From positions 54,064,001-54,128,000 of the forward strand of contig NC_043012.1 in NCBI RefSeq assembly GCF_006345805.1: 64,000 nt of DNA, in the 5' to 3' direction. A program made the translations under genes and the position numbers. Of the stretch, positions 35,640-48,429 are shown piece after piece (within the stretch, counting starts at the first letter, position 1; each line of letters opens with the position of its first letter). The stretch comes from Octopus sinensis. Taxonomy: Eukaryota. The notes under the pieces were generated by a model, which saw only the letters and a list, made by a program, of their open reading frames with translations, had not been told where the DNA came from and made no database searches.

Positions 35640-36647
35640 TGAGAATGTGTGTCTGTCTGTCTGTCTGTGTGTTTTCCTAAAACTTGAGAACTACACAACC
35701 AATTTCATTCAAATTTTACACATGCCTTACTTAGGGTCCGGGGAGTGTCATCGGCAAAAGAAATGTTCAACTTTTTGGCTAGAGCGAGCCCATAGCAATA
35801 TCATATCTTCTCCACTATTTCAGTATTACGTGTTAAAAATGAAACAAAAACGTTTCTCTATTTTATGTCAGATACTTTCACTTTAACAATAAAAATAATA
35901 ATAACAATTGAATTATATGTAGTAAGTAATAATTAAAATCAAACTAAAGTATAATATTATCGTAACATAACAAAAGTAAAAATAGCAATTGGTATAAAAT
36001 TGCATCAATGACTTGAACTTGAATAAGTGGTTTCACATGAATGGGAATAAATTAAAAATAAAATTAGCGTGCAGAAATGGAATAGTCCAGATGGATAATA
36101 AAAAATTAAATTAAAGAAAAGACTATTGTCTATAAAGTATACAATATAGAGAAAAAAGATTTGAACACATGGAGGAAAGCACCTTCGAAAAGTGTCTTGG
36201 TGCGACTATGAAAGGTATCTAATCAGAGGCGGTAAATTCGCCACAATAGAAACAAGGTTCGAGTCAACGGAGCGTGCAAGGGAGTACTCGACTCGAACTT
36301 GCAAAGTGAAAATATTTTATTTTTACATTTATATATGGGACGTAGGACGTGCCGGATAAAAACGTTCCCCCCACAGAAGTTGAGGTAGGCTGGATTGTAG
36401 CCACACTTCTATACAAGAGGGAGGACAAGATACAATTGATCGAAATTACAAGAGACGGGCTAACAATTCCAGCCTGTTATATATTTTGAGTATTGTCATC
36501 ACTTGCGATATCAAGATATAACATTGTATTTTGTATTTTATGAGTAGATGTATATATATAGATGTACATGTAATATGTACACATATATATACATATATAT
36601 ACATGCACTAGCACTATGACCCGGCAACGACGGGTCTTTAATGCTAG
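35632..36647 (+). mobile_element. Non-autonomous Helitron (DINE/HINE-like)
   Basis: 5' TATAAAACTGAGAATGTGTG(TCTG)n; 3' hairpin GACCCG-GCAACGA-CGGGTC at 36618-36636, then CTAG|T at 36644-36648. Confidence 0.82.
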
Positions 36648-36650
36648 TAT

Positions 36651-37068
36651 ACTCTCTTTACTCTTTTACTCTTTTACTTGTTTCAGTCATTTGACTGCGG
36701 CCATGCTGGAGCACCGCCTTTAGTCGAGCAAATCGACCCCAGGACTTATTCTTTGTAAGCCCAGTACTTATTCTATCGGTCTCTTTTGCCGAACCGCTAA
36801 GTGACGGGGACGTAAACACACCAGCATCGGTTGTCAAGCAATGCTAGGGGGACAAACACAGACACACAAACACATACACACACATATATATATACACATA
36901 TATACGACAGGCTTCTTTCAGTTTCCGTCTACCAAATCCACTCACAAGGCATTGGTCGGCCCGGGGCTATAGCAGAAGACACTTGCCCAAGATGCCACGC
37001 AGTGGGACTGAACCCGGAACCATGTGGTTGGTTAGCAAGCTACTTACCACACAACCACTCCTGCGCCT
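36651..37068 (-). mobile_element. SINE family A, near-consensus (young) copy
   Basis: Complete head, core and tail with (TTTTACTC)n end. Confidence 0.95.
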
Positions 37069-37118
37069 ATATATATATATATATATATATATACGTATAT
37101 ATATATATATACACATGC

Positions 37119-37169
<51 letters not shown>

Positions 37170-37311
37170 GTATATATATATATATACGTATATATATACA
37201 TATACACATATATATATACATATACGTATATATATATACATATACGTATATATACGTATATATATATATATATACACATATACGTATATATACGTATATA
37301 TATACATATAC

Positions 37312-37348
<37 letters not shown>

Positions 37349-37356
<8 letters not shown>

Positions 37357-37650
37357 AATTAAGGACTGAACACGAAAAGTGGACAGTCAACATGCTAGAT
37401 ATAGACGTCAAATCGCCATTCACCACAAAAGATTATGTTCTCAGATCAAACTCGTGTTGAGTTTGATCTGAGAACATAATCTTTTGTGGTGAATGGCGAT
37501 TTGACGTCTATATCTAGCATGTTGACTGTCCACTTTTCGTGTTCAGTCCTTAATTGGTATATATAAATATTTTAATCTTCGGATTCTTTTTTAATATGCT
37601 AGACCACTGGTCTTAATTGATAAATATCAATTTCTACCCTTAATTAATTT

Positions 37651-37713
<63 letters not shown>

Positions 37714-37752
37714 CGTATATATATGCATATATATACGTATATGTATATATAC

Positions 37753-37789
<37 letters not shown>

Positions 37790-37821
37790 CATATACACAT
37801 ATATATATACATATACGTATA

Positions 37822-37862
<41 letters not shown>

Positions 37863-37902
37863 CTATATATACGTATAGATATATTATATATATATATACG
37901 TG

Positions 37903-37933
<31 letters not shown>

Positions 37934-37968
37934 ATAATATATATATATATGCATGTATATGTATATAC

Positions 37969-38003
<35 letters not shown>

Positions 38004-38330
38004 TATATATATATATATATATATATATACCAATTAAGGACTGAACACGAAAAGTGGACAGTCAACATGCTAGATATAGACGTCAAATCGCCATTCACCA
38101 CAAAAGATTATGTTCTCAGATCAAACTCGTGTTGAGTTTGATCTGAGAACATAATCTTTTGTGGTGAATGGCGATTTGACGTCTATATCTAGCATGTGAC
38201 TGTCCACTTTTCGTGTTCAGTCCTTAATTGGTATATATAAATATTTTAATCTTCGGATTCTTTTTTAATATGCTAGACCACTGGTCTTAATTGATAAATA
38301 TCAATTTCTACCCTTAATTAATTTTATATA

Positions 38331-38393
<63 letters not shown>

Positions 38394-38700
38394 CGTATAT
38401 ATATGCATATATATACGTATATGTATATATATACGTATATATATATATATATAATATGTATATATATACATATACACATATATATATATACATATACGTT
38501 ATATATATATATATATATATATATAATTATATATATACATATACATATATATATATATATATTATATATATATATACGTGTATATATATATATACATATA
38601 CATATATATATATATATATATATATGCATGTATATGTATATACGTATATATATTATATATATATAATATATATATATTATATATATATACACACACTTCA
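37349..38700. repeat. Two tandem ~675-bp units, each a ~210-bp hairpin plus TA-rich satellite
   Basis: Hairpin centre AAACTC-GTGTT-GAGTTT at 37454 and 38129; CCAATTAAGG at 37355 and 38030. Confidence 0.9.
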
Positions 38701-38858
38701 ATAGATATGTATAAAAATGTGTATGTATGTATATATGTTGCCTACTCATACATATGTACATAGGTATATCAATATAGATATATAGACACACACATATATA
38801 TATATACACTCACACATATGTATTCACACACACATATATACACACACACATACATACA

Positions 38859-38889
<31 letters not shown>

Positions 38890-40156
38890 CATACAACATA
38901 CATACATACATACATACATACATACATGGGGAGAGAATGGAAAACCTTAATTCATACACTACAAATGATCACGACATCTGGGAGTATTAAAATCTGCAAC
39001 AACACCATAAGATTTAAAGGAAGATGGTTAAATCAAGACACTTTCCTTCACAACTATGCTACCAAGTAGGTGGCAGTTGAAAATTTATTCTAAATTAAAA
39101 GGAGTAAAGGAACCATCATACATACATATAGGCAGACAAGCAGACAGATATATGGCCAGTCTCATAAGTTATTATGCCGTATCAAATACTGACTGAAACT
39201 AAACAACACAAACGTTAAAATTTTTCTTAAATCAAAATATGAAAATTTGCTTCATTCAAATCAAATTCTCGATACGTGATTCTTGTAGCATCAAACAGGG
39301 TTGCACTCATTTGGGTGCCAATTGGCAAGAGCTGCGCTATAAATCAGCTGACAAATGTTGCAAAAAATGGCAAAGTCACAGCTGGAATGCTTTGATAATA
39401 CGGTTGGCCTGAAACTAAGCACCACAAACACATTGCGCTATACTACAGTACAGTGCAATGAGTGAACGAGAAGACTTTACGTGACTATTGAACCTGCAAC
39501 AAATACCAATCCAAGTCTCCAACAAGATGAAGAAAACATTGGAAACTGCAAAATCTTGATTGGCTTATTAGAAGTGGTTACAGAAAAGGTTGAATAACTG
39601 CATAAGAAGTTATGGCGTGTAATGATCGATATCAGCTTGTATATCATATATATCATTACTATTATTGTCATCACCGTCAAGGCTACAAGCTAACAGAATT
39701 GTTAGCGCGTCGGAAAAATTGCTTTGCGACGTTTCTTCCGGCTGCTTACGCTCTGTGATCAAATCTCGCTGAGGTGAGGCCAAATTTGCGTTTCGTCCTT
39801 TCGGAGTTGATAAAAATAAAGTACCAGCCAAGTCCTAGGATCGATATAATCGACGTGAACTCTCCCACAGAACTGCTAACCTTGCGCCAAAATTTGAAAC
39901 TACTACAACTATTATTGTTGTTATTTTCATTAGCATCTTCTTTCATTTCTGTTTCCATTTCTTGCTGAGTGTCTTCCTGCCACCTAGGGCAGAGATCCGT
40001 ACTGTATACATTGGTAGGCTATTAAAATAAACACACCAGATTCTTCATTTACTAAGTCATGTGATAGAGAAAAAGGGGCAGACAGAGAGAAAAAGGAAAA
40101 ACAAAAACAAAAAAATAAAATAAAATAAAGTGAGTAGAAGGCAAAAGGAAAGAAAA

Positions 40157-40822
40157 TCACAGCGACAATGCTCTTCCCAATACGTGTGACGTACCAGTTA
40201 AGACAATCTTTAACAATTCCTGCATGGATGGTAAGTCAGGGATCATTCTCAAATAATTTTCAGTTCTTTTCTTAATTGCAAGTGCTCCTACAATCACTGG
40301 TATTGTGACCGTCTTGGGATGTCACATCTTTTCGATTTCGATTAGCAAAATATTATATTTTCCGAGCTTATCAAATTCTTTTGTCAAGAGTATGCTCATG
40401 TCAATCAATTAACAAATTTTATTGTTTTGGTCTTTCACAACAATATCTGGTTTATTTGCTTTGATAGTCCGGTCTGTACATACTGGGAAGTCCCAAAGAA
40501 TAGTTACATTTTCTCCCTCAGTTACAGCATCAACAGTTTTAATTTTATAATGCCGACACATTATCCAATGTAGATATTGGCCAACTCTGTCATGTCTTGA
40601 TTTGCATTCTACAGGTGCTAAAACCTTACATCCAGAGATTAGGTGGTCGACTGTTTCTATCCCATCGTTGCAATATCGGCACTTTGGATCTGCACCATTT
40701 TTCATCATATTGGCTTGATAGTTCCGGGTCAATAAGCTCTGATCTTGGGCAACCAAGATAAAGCCTTCACTCTGTCTTTAACCCTGAGCTCCGTAGCCAC
40801 TGATGGGTGCGCTTCTGGTCTA
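40157..40822 (-). pseudogene. R4/Dong-like RLE non-LTR retrotransposon, C-terminal remnant
   Basis: AQDQSLLTRNY, CRYC..ETVDHLISGC (CCHC), RHDRV, ILWDF, NKPDIVV..LID (PD-D/ExK nuclease) and ending TGTSHVLGRALSL*. Confidence 0.85.
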
Positions 40823-40841
40823 CATCATCATCATCATCATT

Positions 40842-41240
40842 TTTTTCAAGATTCACTTGAAAAGGAAGATGAGAGTAGAAAGGGAAGTGCTGTCTGATAG
40901 CAAGTTTATTGAAAGGTGGGTAAACGTCGCAAGAATGGCCAGTATAAATGGTCCAATTCTGAGGATACACCTGTAGTATAAAAAAAGTATTATAAAAAGA
41001 GAAAAGGGCTCTCTAACCCCCTTTTGACCAGGCTCCCGTGGCTTTTATGGGCTTTTCCACGAGTAACCTTTCGAAGCGCCTCCCCCTATTGGGAATTTCA
41101 ATTGTTGTATTTTCGTTGTTATCTCTGGAATTTTTACACGGTTTTTTGCAAACGGACAAAGCCCTTTGTAACTTTCGTCCTGTGTTTTGTCCCTTTATGT
41201 TTTAATTAATTTTTGTCAGCCCTTGTGGCCAATAAACGAA
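40842..41240 (+). mobile_element. 5'-truncated 3' end of a Tx1/L1-like LINE (ORF2 C-terminus + 3' UTR)
   Basis: FFKIHLKRKMRVEREVLSDSKFIERWVNVARMASINGPILRIHL* (40842-40976), then a UTR ending CCCTTGTGGCCAATAAA and an (ATT)n tail. Clade assignment from memory. Confidence 0.6.
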
Positions 41241-41243
41241 TTA

Positions 41244-41248
41244 TTATG

Positions 41249-41309
<61 letters not shown>

Positions 41310-41346
41310 TATTATTATTATTATTATTATTATCATCATCATCATT
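41244..41346. repeat. (ATT)n then (ATC)n microsatellite
   Basis: Read directly. Confidence 0.95.
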
Positions 41347-41570
41347 AAGTCGGCATGCAGGGAGAATCGTCAGCACGTCGGGCAAAATTCTTAGTTGTAT
41401 CTCGTCTGTTTTTAAATTCTGAGTTAAAATTCTGTCGAGGTCGACTTTGCCTTTCATGCTTTCGGGGTCGATAAAATAAGTACTAGATGAGCACTGGGGT
41501 CGATGTAATCGACTTGTCCCCTCCCGCCAAAATTTCAGACCTTGTGCCTGAAGTGAAAAGGATTATTATT
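41344..41570 (+). mobile_element. SINE family B, B2-type tail
   Basis: Family B core plus AAAATTTCAGACCTTGTGCC...AAAAGGATTATTATT. Confidence 0.8.
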
Positions 41571-41749
41571 GTTGTTACTGTTGTTGCTGCTGCTGTTATT
41601 GTTGTTGTTGTTTTAAAAAAAAAACATGCTAATCTTTGGTTGCTGGGAAGAAAGAACTTTACAAGACAGCAAGCAGCCTCGAACGAAAAACAGTTCTAAT
41701 TGCTAACGTAATCGACTCGTATTACATTGATGTTTCTGCTCTCTAAGCA

Positions 41750-42960
41750 AAAGCAGGGTTGAGGTAGATTAGAAGTTGGCTGTGAGTATCCAGTTTTTGG
41801 AGCGGAAAACCACCAGATGGGCCAATTATCCATGATGTCAGATTTGCCATTAACTCGACTTTATTTCGTCAGTTGCCATGCAGCCCTCAAGCTGTTGATG
41901 AGCGTCTTATGAACTTTCGTATACCCATAGGTAATTCCCCATTCATGCACATTATCAATGCATATCCACCTACTTTATCAGCTTCTGAACAAGAACATAA
42001 CATTTTCTACTCCAAATTATAAACGGTTATCAGTAAAATTATAAATCATGATAAAATTATATTGATGGGCGATTTTAATACCAGAATGAGTAACAAACAC
42101 ACAGCTTAGCCAAAAGTGATAGGAAAACTTGAGACAGGAAAGATGAAAGCAAGTGGTTTACAACTGTTGTCTTTTTGTCAACAATTTTGTTTAACATTTA
42201 CAAACACAGTATTTCAGCAGGCAGATAAGCTGGCAAAATGCTTAGCAGTATTTCGTCTGCCGTTATACGTTCTGAGTTCAAATTCCGCCGAGGTCGACTT
42301 TGCCTTTCATCCTTTCGGGGTCGATAAATTAAGTACCAGTTACGCACTGGGGGTTAATGTAATCAACTTAATCCGTTTGTCTGTCCTTGTTTGTCCCCTC
42401 TGTGTTTAGCCCCTTGTGTGTAGTAAAGAAATAGGTATTTCGTCTGCCGCTACGTTCTGAGTTCAAATTCCGCCGAGGTCGACTTTGCCTTTCATCCTTT
42501 CGGGGTCGATAAATTAAGTACCAGTTACGCACTGGAGGTTGATGTAATCGACTTAATCCGTTTGTCTGTCCTTGTTTATCCCCTCTGCGTTTAGCCCCTT
42601 GTGGGCAATAAAGAAATAAGATAAGCATAAAAACACCTGGAAGTATCCTCTCTCTGGCAACTGAAACAACGTTTGACTATGTCATAACTAAAAGCGAAGG
42701 TTGCAGTGATGTCAGATTAACCAAATCTCACAAAACTTCGAAGTGTTTCTCGGATCACAGAACGGTTCGCAATTAGGTACTTGTTAAACCTTATACTAAA
42801 AGGCCATGGAGATCCAATATACCTCCGATAATAAATGCGTCATCTTCAAACACATCCTGAAACAACACAAAATTTTGAAGCATATCTAAATTCAGAACTT
42901 GAGAATATAAAGGGGAAAAGGTAATGATCCTGAAGTTATGTGGCGTCATCTTTGTGACAG
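41750..42960 (+). pseudogene. RTE-like LINE endonuclease region, decayed and split by a SINE
   Basis: IINAYPPT, IILMGDFN, GLQLLSFC..LTFTNTVFQQAD | KHKNTW..DYVIT..SDH motifs. Confidence 0.75.
42231..42618 (+). mobile_element. 5'-truncated SINE family B dimer with 8-bp TSD
   Basis: TSD AGATAAGC at 42223-42230 and 42619-42626; two ~187-bp units. Confidence 0.92.
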
Positions 42961-43568
42961 CATCAAATCATCTGCTGAAGAATTTCTTGAATTCTTTAAA
43001 TGCAAGCATCAAAATCACTTTCGCTCTGCTTACCCTTCTTTCTACCTGTTTCCATCCTACATGAATTTTAATCCATTTCCATTGCCTCAATGTATTACGA
43101 TCGTTTTCCTTTCCCTGTTGCCAGCCATCTCCTCACATATGTGAAGTTCAACGGGAAGTATGTCCGATCGGAAAACAAATTATTTTAAGATGGGTTATGT
43201 ATAATATGCATTAGCTTTTGTTGCTGTTTAAAATACACGAACACAACTCGATTAGACATGATCGAACAGATTTATGATAAAAGGCATTCCTGCAATTCCT
43301 GGCGTTCCTGGTATGACTATCCTCACTGTGCTCTCGCTTTCTTTCATTTATTTTTTTTGTTCAAAACTGTAATGCGTGTGACATGTGAGAGTTTTGGCGA
43401 TCATTCCTAATAGTTCAAGAGACCGCATAATAGCTGGAACCTGCGTAAAGAATCTCATAGTATTTATTTTAAAACTGGATTTAAGTTTAATGGTGAAGAT
43501 ATATAATATAACGCGATACAGTCGTGACTATCTTATTCTTCATAGTTGGCTCATCAAGAACTAAACTA

Positions 43569-44124
43569 TTGCGTTGTCCGGAAAGTCCGTGCCGAATTTT
43601 AAAGGAAAGAAAAAGGACAATAAATACTTGCCATTACATTTTTAATCAACCAAATATGAACCATTTTGTTGCACAATGCGTCTCCATCTTTCCTTCAACC
43701 CTCTTCCCAGAATTGAGGTGTTTGCATGGCAAAGAATTCATCAAGGTATCTTTTTTCGTCATCCAAGGAATTGACATTTTTACCATTAACACTATTCTGC
43801 ACAAACCTGAATAAGTGGAAATCCGAAGGAGCAATATCTGGTGAATATTGAGGGTGAGGTAACACATCTCAGCCGAGCTGCAGCAACTTTTGTCTGGTTC
43901 CCAAAGCATCAAGTGCCGAAAATGAACATTCTTATCTTCCATTTTAAAGGGTTACAGAATTAACACAGGTTATAGGAACATATACCTTCTTCCACTAAAA
44001 GATAGCTTAAACTGTGCTCTAAATGGAGGTGTAGTCAAATCCTATTTCATGGACTCAACTATGTTCTAAAATAAGTGGAAAGGTAAGCTACTATGAATCG
44101 GCACGAACTTTCCGGACAACCCAA
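43569..44124 (-). mobile_element. Non-autonomous mariner deletion derivative (~550 bp)
   Basis: Same TIRs and TA flanks as 10799-11355; MEDKNVHFRHLMLW N-terminus. Confidence 0.92.
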
Positions 44125-44439
44125 TACATAGCGCAATGCGTTCAACATGTTTAAACGCTGCAGAGTGATTTGAGGCAGATTTTAGTCAGAAGCGCTCATC
44201 TCTCGTCTCTTTCTCTCTTTCTCCTCACTCTCTCTCCCCTCCCCCTCCGTCTTTCCTAATTAATGTTCTTGCAAATTGCCGTATGCGTGTATGCATGAAT
44301 CAATGAATTTATATTGGTTTTATTGTGCACTTTCATATCGATCTATTGATATAACTGTGTATGACATGGCATCTTTATTTTAGAGACTCCATCACGTATC
44401 TATGTATATAATTGCGTGTATCTGTCTGGCTTTCTCTCT

Positions 44440-44486
44440 CTCTCTCTCTCCCTCTATCTCTCTCTCTCTCTCTCTGTGTATGCGTG

Positions 44487-44570
<84 letters not shown>

Positions 44571-44610
44571 TAAATATATATATATATATATATAATATAT
44601 ATATATATAC

Positions 44611-44641
<31 letters not shown>

Positions 44642-44664
44642 CATACATATATAAATATATATAC

Positions 44665-44717
<53 letters not shown>

Positions 44718-44735
44718 CATATATGTATGTATGTA
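44440..44735. repeat. (CT)n + (TA)n compound microsatellite
   Basis: Read directly. Confidence 0.95.
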
Positions 44736-44865
44736 TGCAACAGTAGGATGTGTATTTGGTGAGATTTTGGCCATTGCTTTCAGACCAAAATGCAATGTAA
44801 TGGGACCAAATAATACTTTTGATTCGATGAAATGTTATATTTTAATATGCTTGTTTGACTTCCTT

Positions 44866-44901
<36 letters not shown>

Positions 44902-45203
44902 ACTTCGTCTCTATCTTTCTATCTCCCCTCCTCTCTCTTTCTATCCTTCACACGCAGACTATTGACATTAGATTTTACGATACTAGTGAGTTGACAGATT
45001 AAAAGAAATTTAGTGAATTGCACATTGAGTAAGCAATGTCATTTAATTGTTCAAAGAAATTTTTACCTTTGATAAACTCTGTTTCCCCGTCACGTTATAT
45101 TAGTATTATGTGTGTATGCATATACAACGTAAGATAACACGGTACATGTATACAAATATATACATATATGTGCGTGTATATGTATATGTATGTGTGTATA
45201 TAT

Positions 45204-45626
45204 GCAATGACCCAGTAGTTAGAGCAGCGGACTCGCGGTTGTAGGATCGCGGTTTCGATTCCCAAATCGGGCGTCGTGAGTGTTTATTGACCGAAAACAC
45301 CTAAAGCTGCACGAGGCTCCAGCAGGGGGTGGTGGCGATCCCTGCTGAACTCTTTTGCCACAACTTTCTCTCACTGTTTCTTCTGTTGGCCTGCTCGCTT
45401 AGCCAGCGGGGTGGCGTCATTTGAAGGCTAAAACAATGCGAGGCGCATTGTGACAAGCGAATAACGTAACAGTGTCGTATTATTTATTTATTTATTGCAG
45501 GGTAGTGTTCTATATCCTAGAGAAGGAGAGGCATAATTAATAAATTAATTACTATTATTATATGCCATTGTGTAAGTGTAAGTCTTATAGGACTTATAGC
45601 CTGGTCAGTCACGGTGATCACGTGAT
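45204..45626 (+). mobile_element. SINE family C with a ~135-bp internal insertion
   Basis: tRNA-like head (GGTTTCGATTCCC); body to GCATTGTGACAAGCGA; SINE-like tail resumes at TATAGCCTGGTCAGTCACGG. Confidence 0.78.
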
Positions 45627-45631
45627 ATATG

Positions 45632-45669
<38 letters not shown>

Positions 45670-45705
45670 TATGTATATATGTACATATATATGTATATGT
45701 ATATC

Positions 45706-45770
<65 letters not shown>

Positions 45771-46108
45771 TTTTATTATCGTGTAAAATCATGTTTAATA
45801 CATCCAAGTGTATTTGGATGTGATAAAACTATTTGCTGCAGAAAAAGTCCAGGTCGAAAATTCTTCTCTTGGATATGTATCTTGTTTTGAGATGGGGTTG
45901 ATGCAATTAGATCGTAGAACACATGCGTTTCTATATTGTACTGCTTCGACAACAACGAAAACTAACTCGATCATTTACAGCTCAGTAGGTATGAAAATTC
46001 ACTTATGGAAACAGTAGACAAATTGTTGGATGATGTTCGAATGACTTGGTGTATTACTGTTGCATGAAGTAGCTTTAAATAAAATATTATCGTGCAAAAT
46101 CATGTCTA

Positions 46109-46795
46109 GTGGAGGCGCAATGGCCCAGTGGTTATGGCTGCGGACTTGCGGTCGGAGTATCGCGGTTTCGATTTCCAGACAGGGCGTTGTGTTTGTTTAT
46201 TGAGCAAAAACACCTAAAGCTCCAACTTACGCCCCAACTTTCTCTCAATCTTTCTTTCTGTTTCTTGAGTAACATCATCATCATCATCATTGTTCGACCG
46301 TGGTCGAGACAATGGAATTTACTATGTTACGCCAGACTTCACGGTCCATCATAGCATTACGGAGGTCCTGTTGCTGGATGCCTGTATCCCTGGAGATTAC
46401 ATCAGGGTAGGAGAGTGTGCGCCCTCTGGTATTGCGAGTAGATGGCTTCCAGAGGAGAAGATTAGAAATTACTTCTTTTTCAGCTCTACAACAATGTCCA
46501 GCAAACTGGACTCTCCTACCTTTCACAAGAGATGACACAGGTGGTAGTTGCCCATATATTTGCATTTTGGTTGGATGGCGCTTCTACGAGAGATTTTGAG
46601 CTCTCATAAGGAGGCGAGTGTAGGTTCCATCCAACCGCCTCTCAAGCTTCTTTGATAACGTCCAGTAATTTAAGTAACACTGCGATGAACTGGCGTCCCG
46701 TCCAGCTGGTGGGGGGCACATATGCCATAGAAACCGGTAAACCGGACCCATGAGCCCGGCTGGGCTTGAAAAGGGCAAAGAAAGAGGAAGAAATA
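46109..46795 (+). mobile_element. SINE family C interrupted by an RTE fragment
   Basis: GTGGAGGCGCAATGGCCCAGTGGTTA head; body resumes after 46672; matches 56330-56645. Confidence 0.85.
46275..46672 (-). mobile_element. 5'-truncated RTE-like LINE with (GAT)n tail and 7-bp TSD
   Basis: RLDGTYTRLL..RRVQFAGHC..DREVWR C-terminus; TSD AGTAACA at 46268-46274 and 46673-46679. Confidence 0.88.
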
Positions 46796-47899
46796 AAATC
46801 ATGTTTAACACAAACAGTTGTAATCTGCTTGATAAAATTTACCACTGCACGGATATTACCCACAGCCCAAAATAAAATGTGTGTTTGCATACGTCTAAAT
46901 GGAGAATTTTTCCCCTCAAGCTATTGTTGCTGTATTAGGTTTTCTAATGGCCGATTTCAATTGATAGTGTTAAACATGATCTCCTGAGTTGCAAAGATTT
47001 GTCTGATGGATAAGATTGAAACTGTGTTTGTAATCTTTGCAGTGGAAATCGCAGTTAATGAGTGGAAATCGCTGGAAATCGACAAGCAGCGCGTTGCTAT
47101 TTTGCTCATAAAATGTACGATATGAGAAATACGGAAAAGAAAAAGTTCCTCGAATACTTCGAGTTTGTTTTTATTCTTGTCGCTTCGCTTTCTTCATTAA
47201 ATTTGACAAGTCTGTTTATTGTGTTTCATTATTCGTCCTTATACATGTTTACAGTTTCTGCCACCACCAATGGCTTTAGATGAAATATGTACAATAAATA
47301 ACTACCACTGATATATTATACATTATATATTATAAATTAACATTGACAAAATGATTAGGCAAATTTGCTTAGCTGCTTACAAACATTAAATATTGAAATG
47401 ACTTGGAGAAAGAAACAGAGAAAATCAATTTTGCTTAAAGGAATGATTTATTGCAAGCTTTCAAGAACTTTTCAATCTAAGTTTGTAGAAATGATATTTT
47501 TAACTTAATTTTCAATAATAACGAATTACCGAATTACCGAATGCCAAATACTAAAATATTTAAGAAGATTTAAAGAAGTTAAATTGAATATTGTTTTTAA
47601 AATACTTTAGTAACCTTCTAAATTTGGAACGGCGAAGCTTCAAGGTTAGGTTTAATGGTAAACTTTTAAATCAATTTATTTTAAATCAACTTCCCTTTAC
47701 CTGTAACAGTATATGTAAGTAAGAGTTATTAACTATGAGCGTAATTCATACTTGTCGTATATATTTGTGGTTGTCAGCCATTGTAGGCTGACATATAACA
47801 CGAATGAATATATACACGAATGTGGGTGTGCGTGCATGTGTTTGTAATATTTCTATATAACCACACCTACCCACACGAATACACGTATATAAATATATA

Positions 47900-48180
<281 letters not shown>

Positions 48181-48429
48181 GATAACAAAACATATATGTA
48201 CTCTACAGTGTGCGTTATAAATTAGTTATAGCGAGGTATTTTTCACCAAAAGTGCTCAACAACTCTGATTATTAACACCAGCACAATATTGTAGGGGGAA
48301 ATGCTTCAAGGGTTGCGTTCAGCATACTAAATACAATTACTGTATGGACCAGAGACATACCGTGATGGGGTCGAGGGTTGTGTCATCGTGGGCTCAGGTA
48401 CTGAGAGACGCAAAATGAGCTTTGGCCTA

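Noticed and set aside
46109-46190. tRNA genes at SINE heads (also 56330, 60948, 16443)
   Set aside because: A and B boxes are present, but there is no closed cloverleaf or acceptor stem and each continues into a SINE body.
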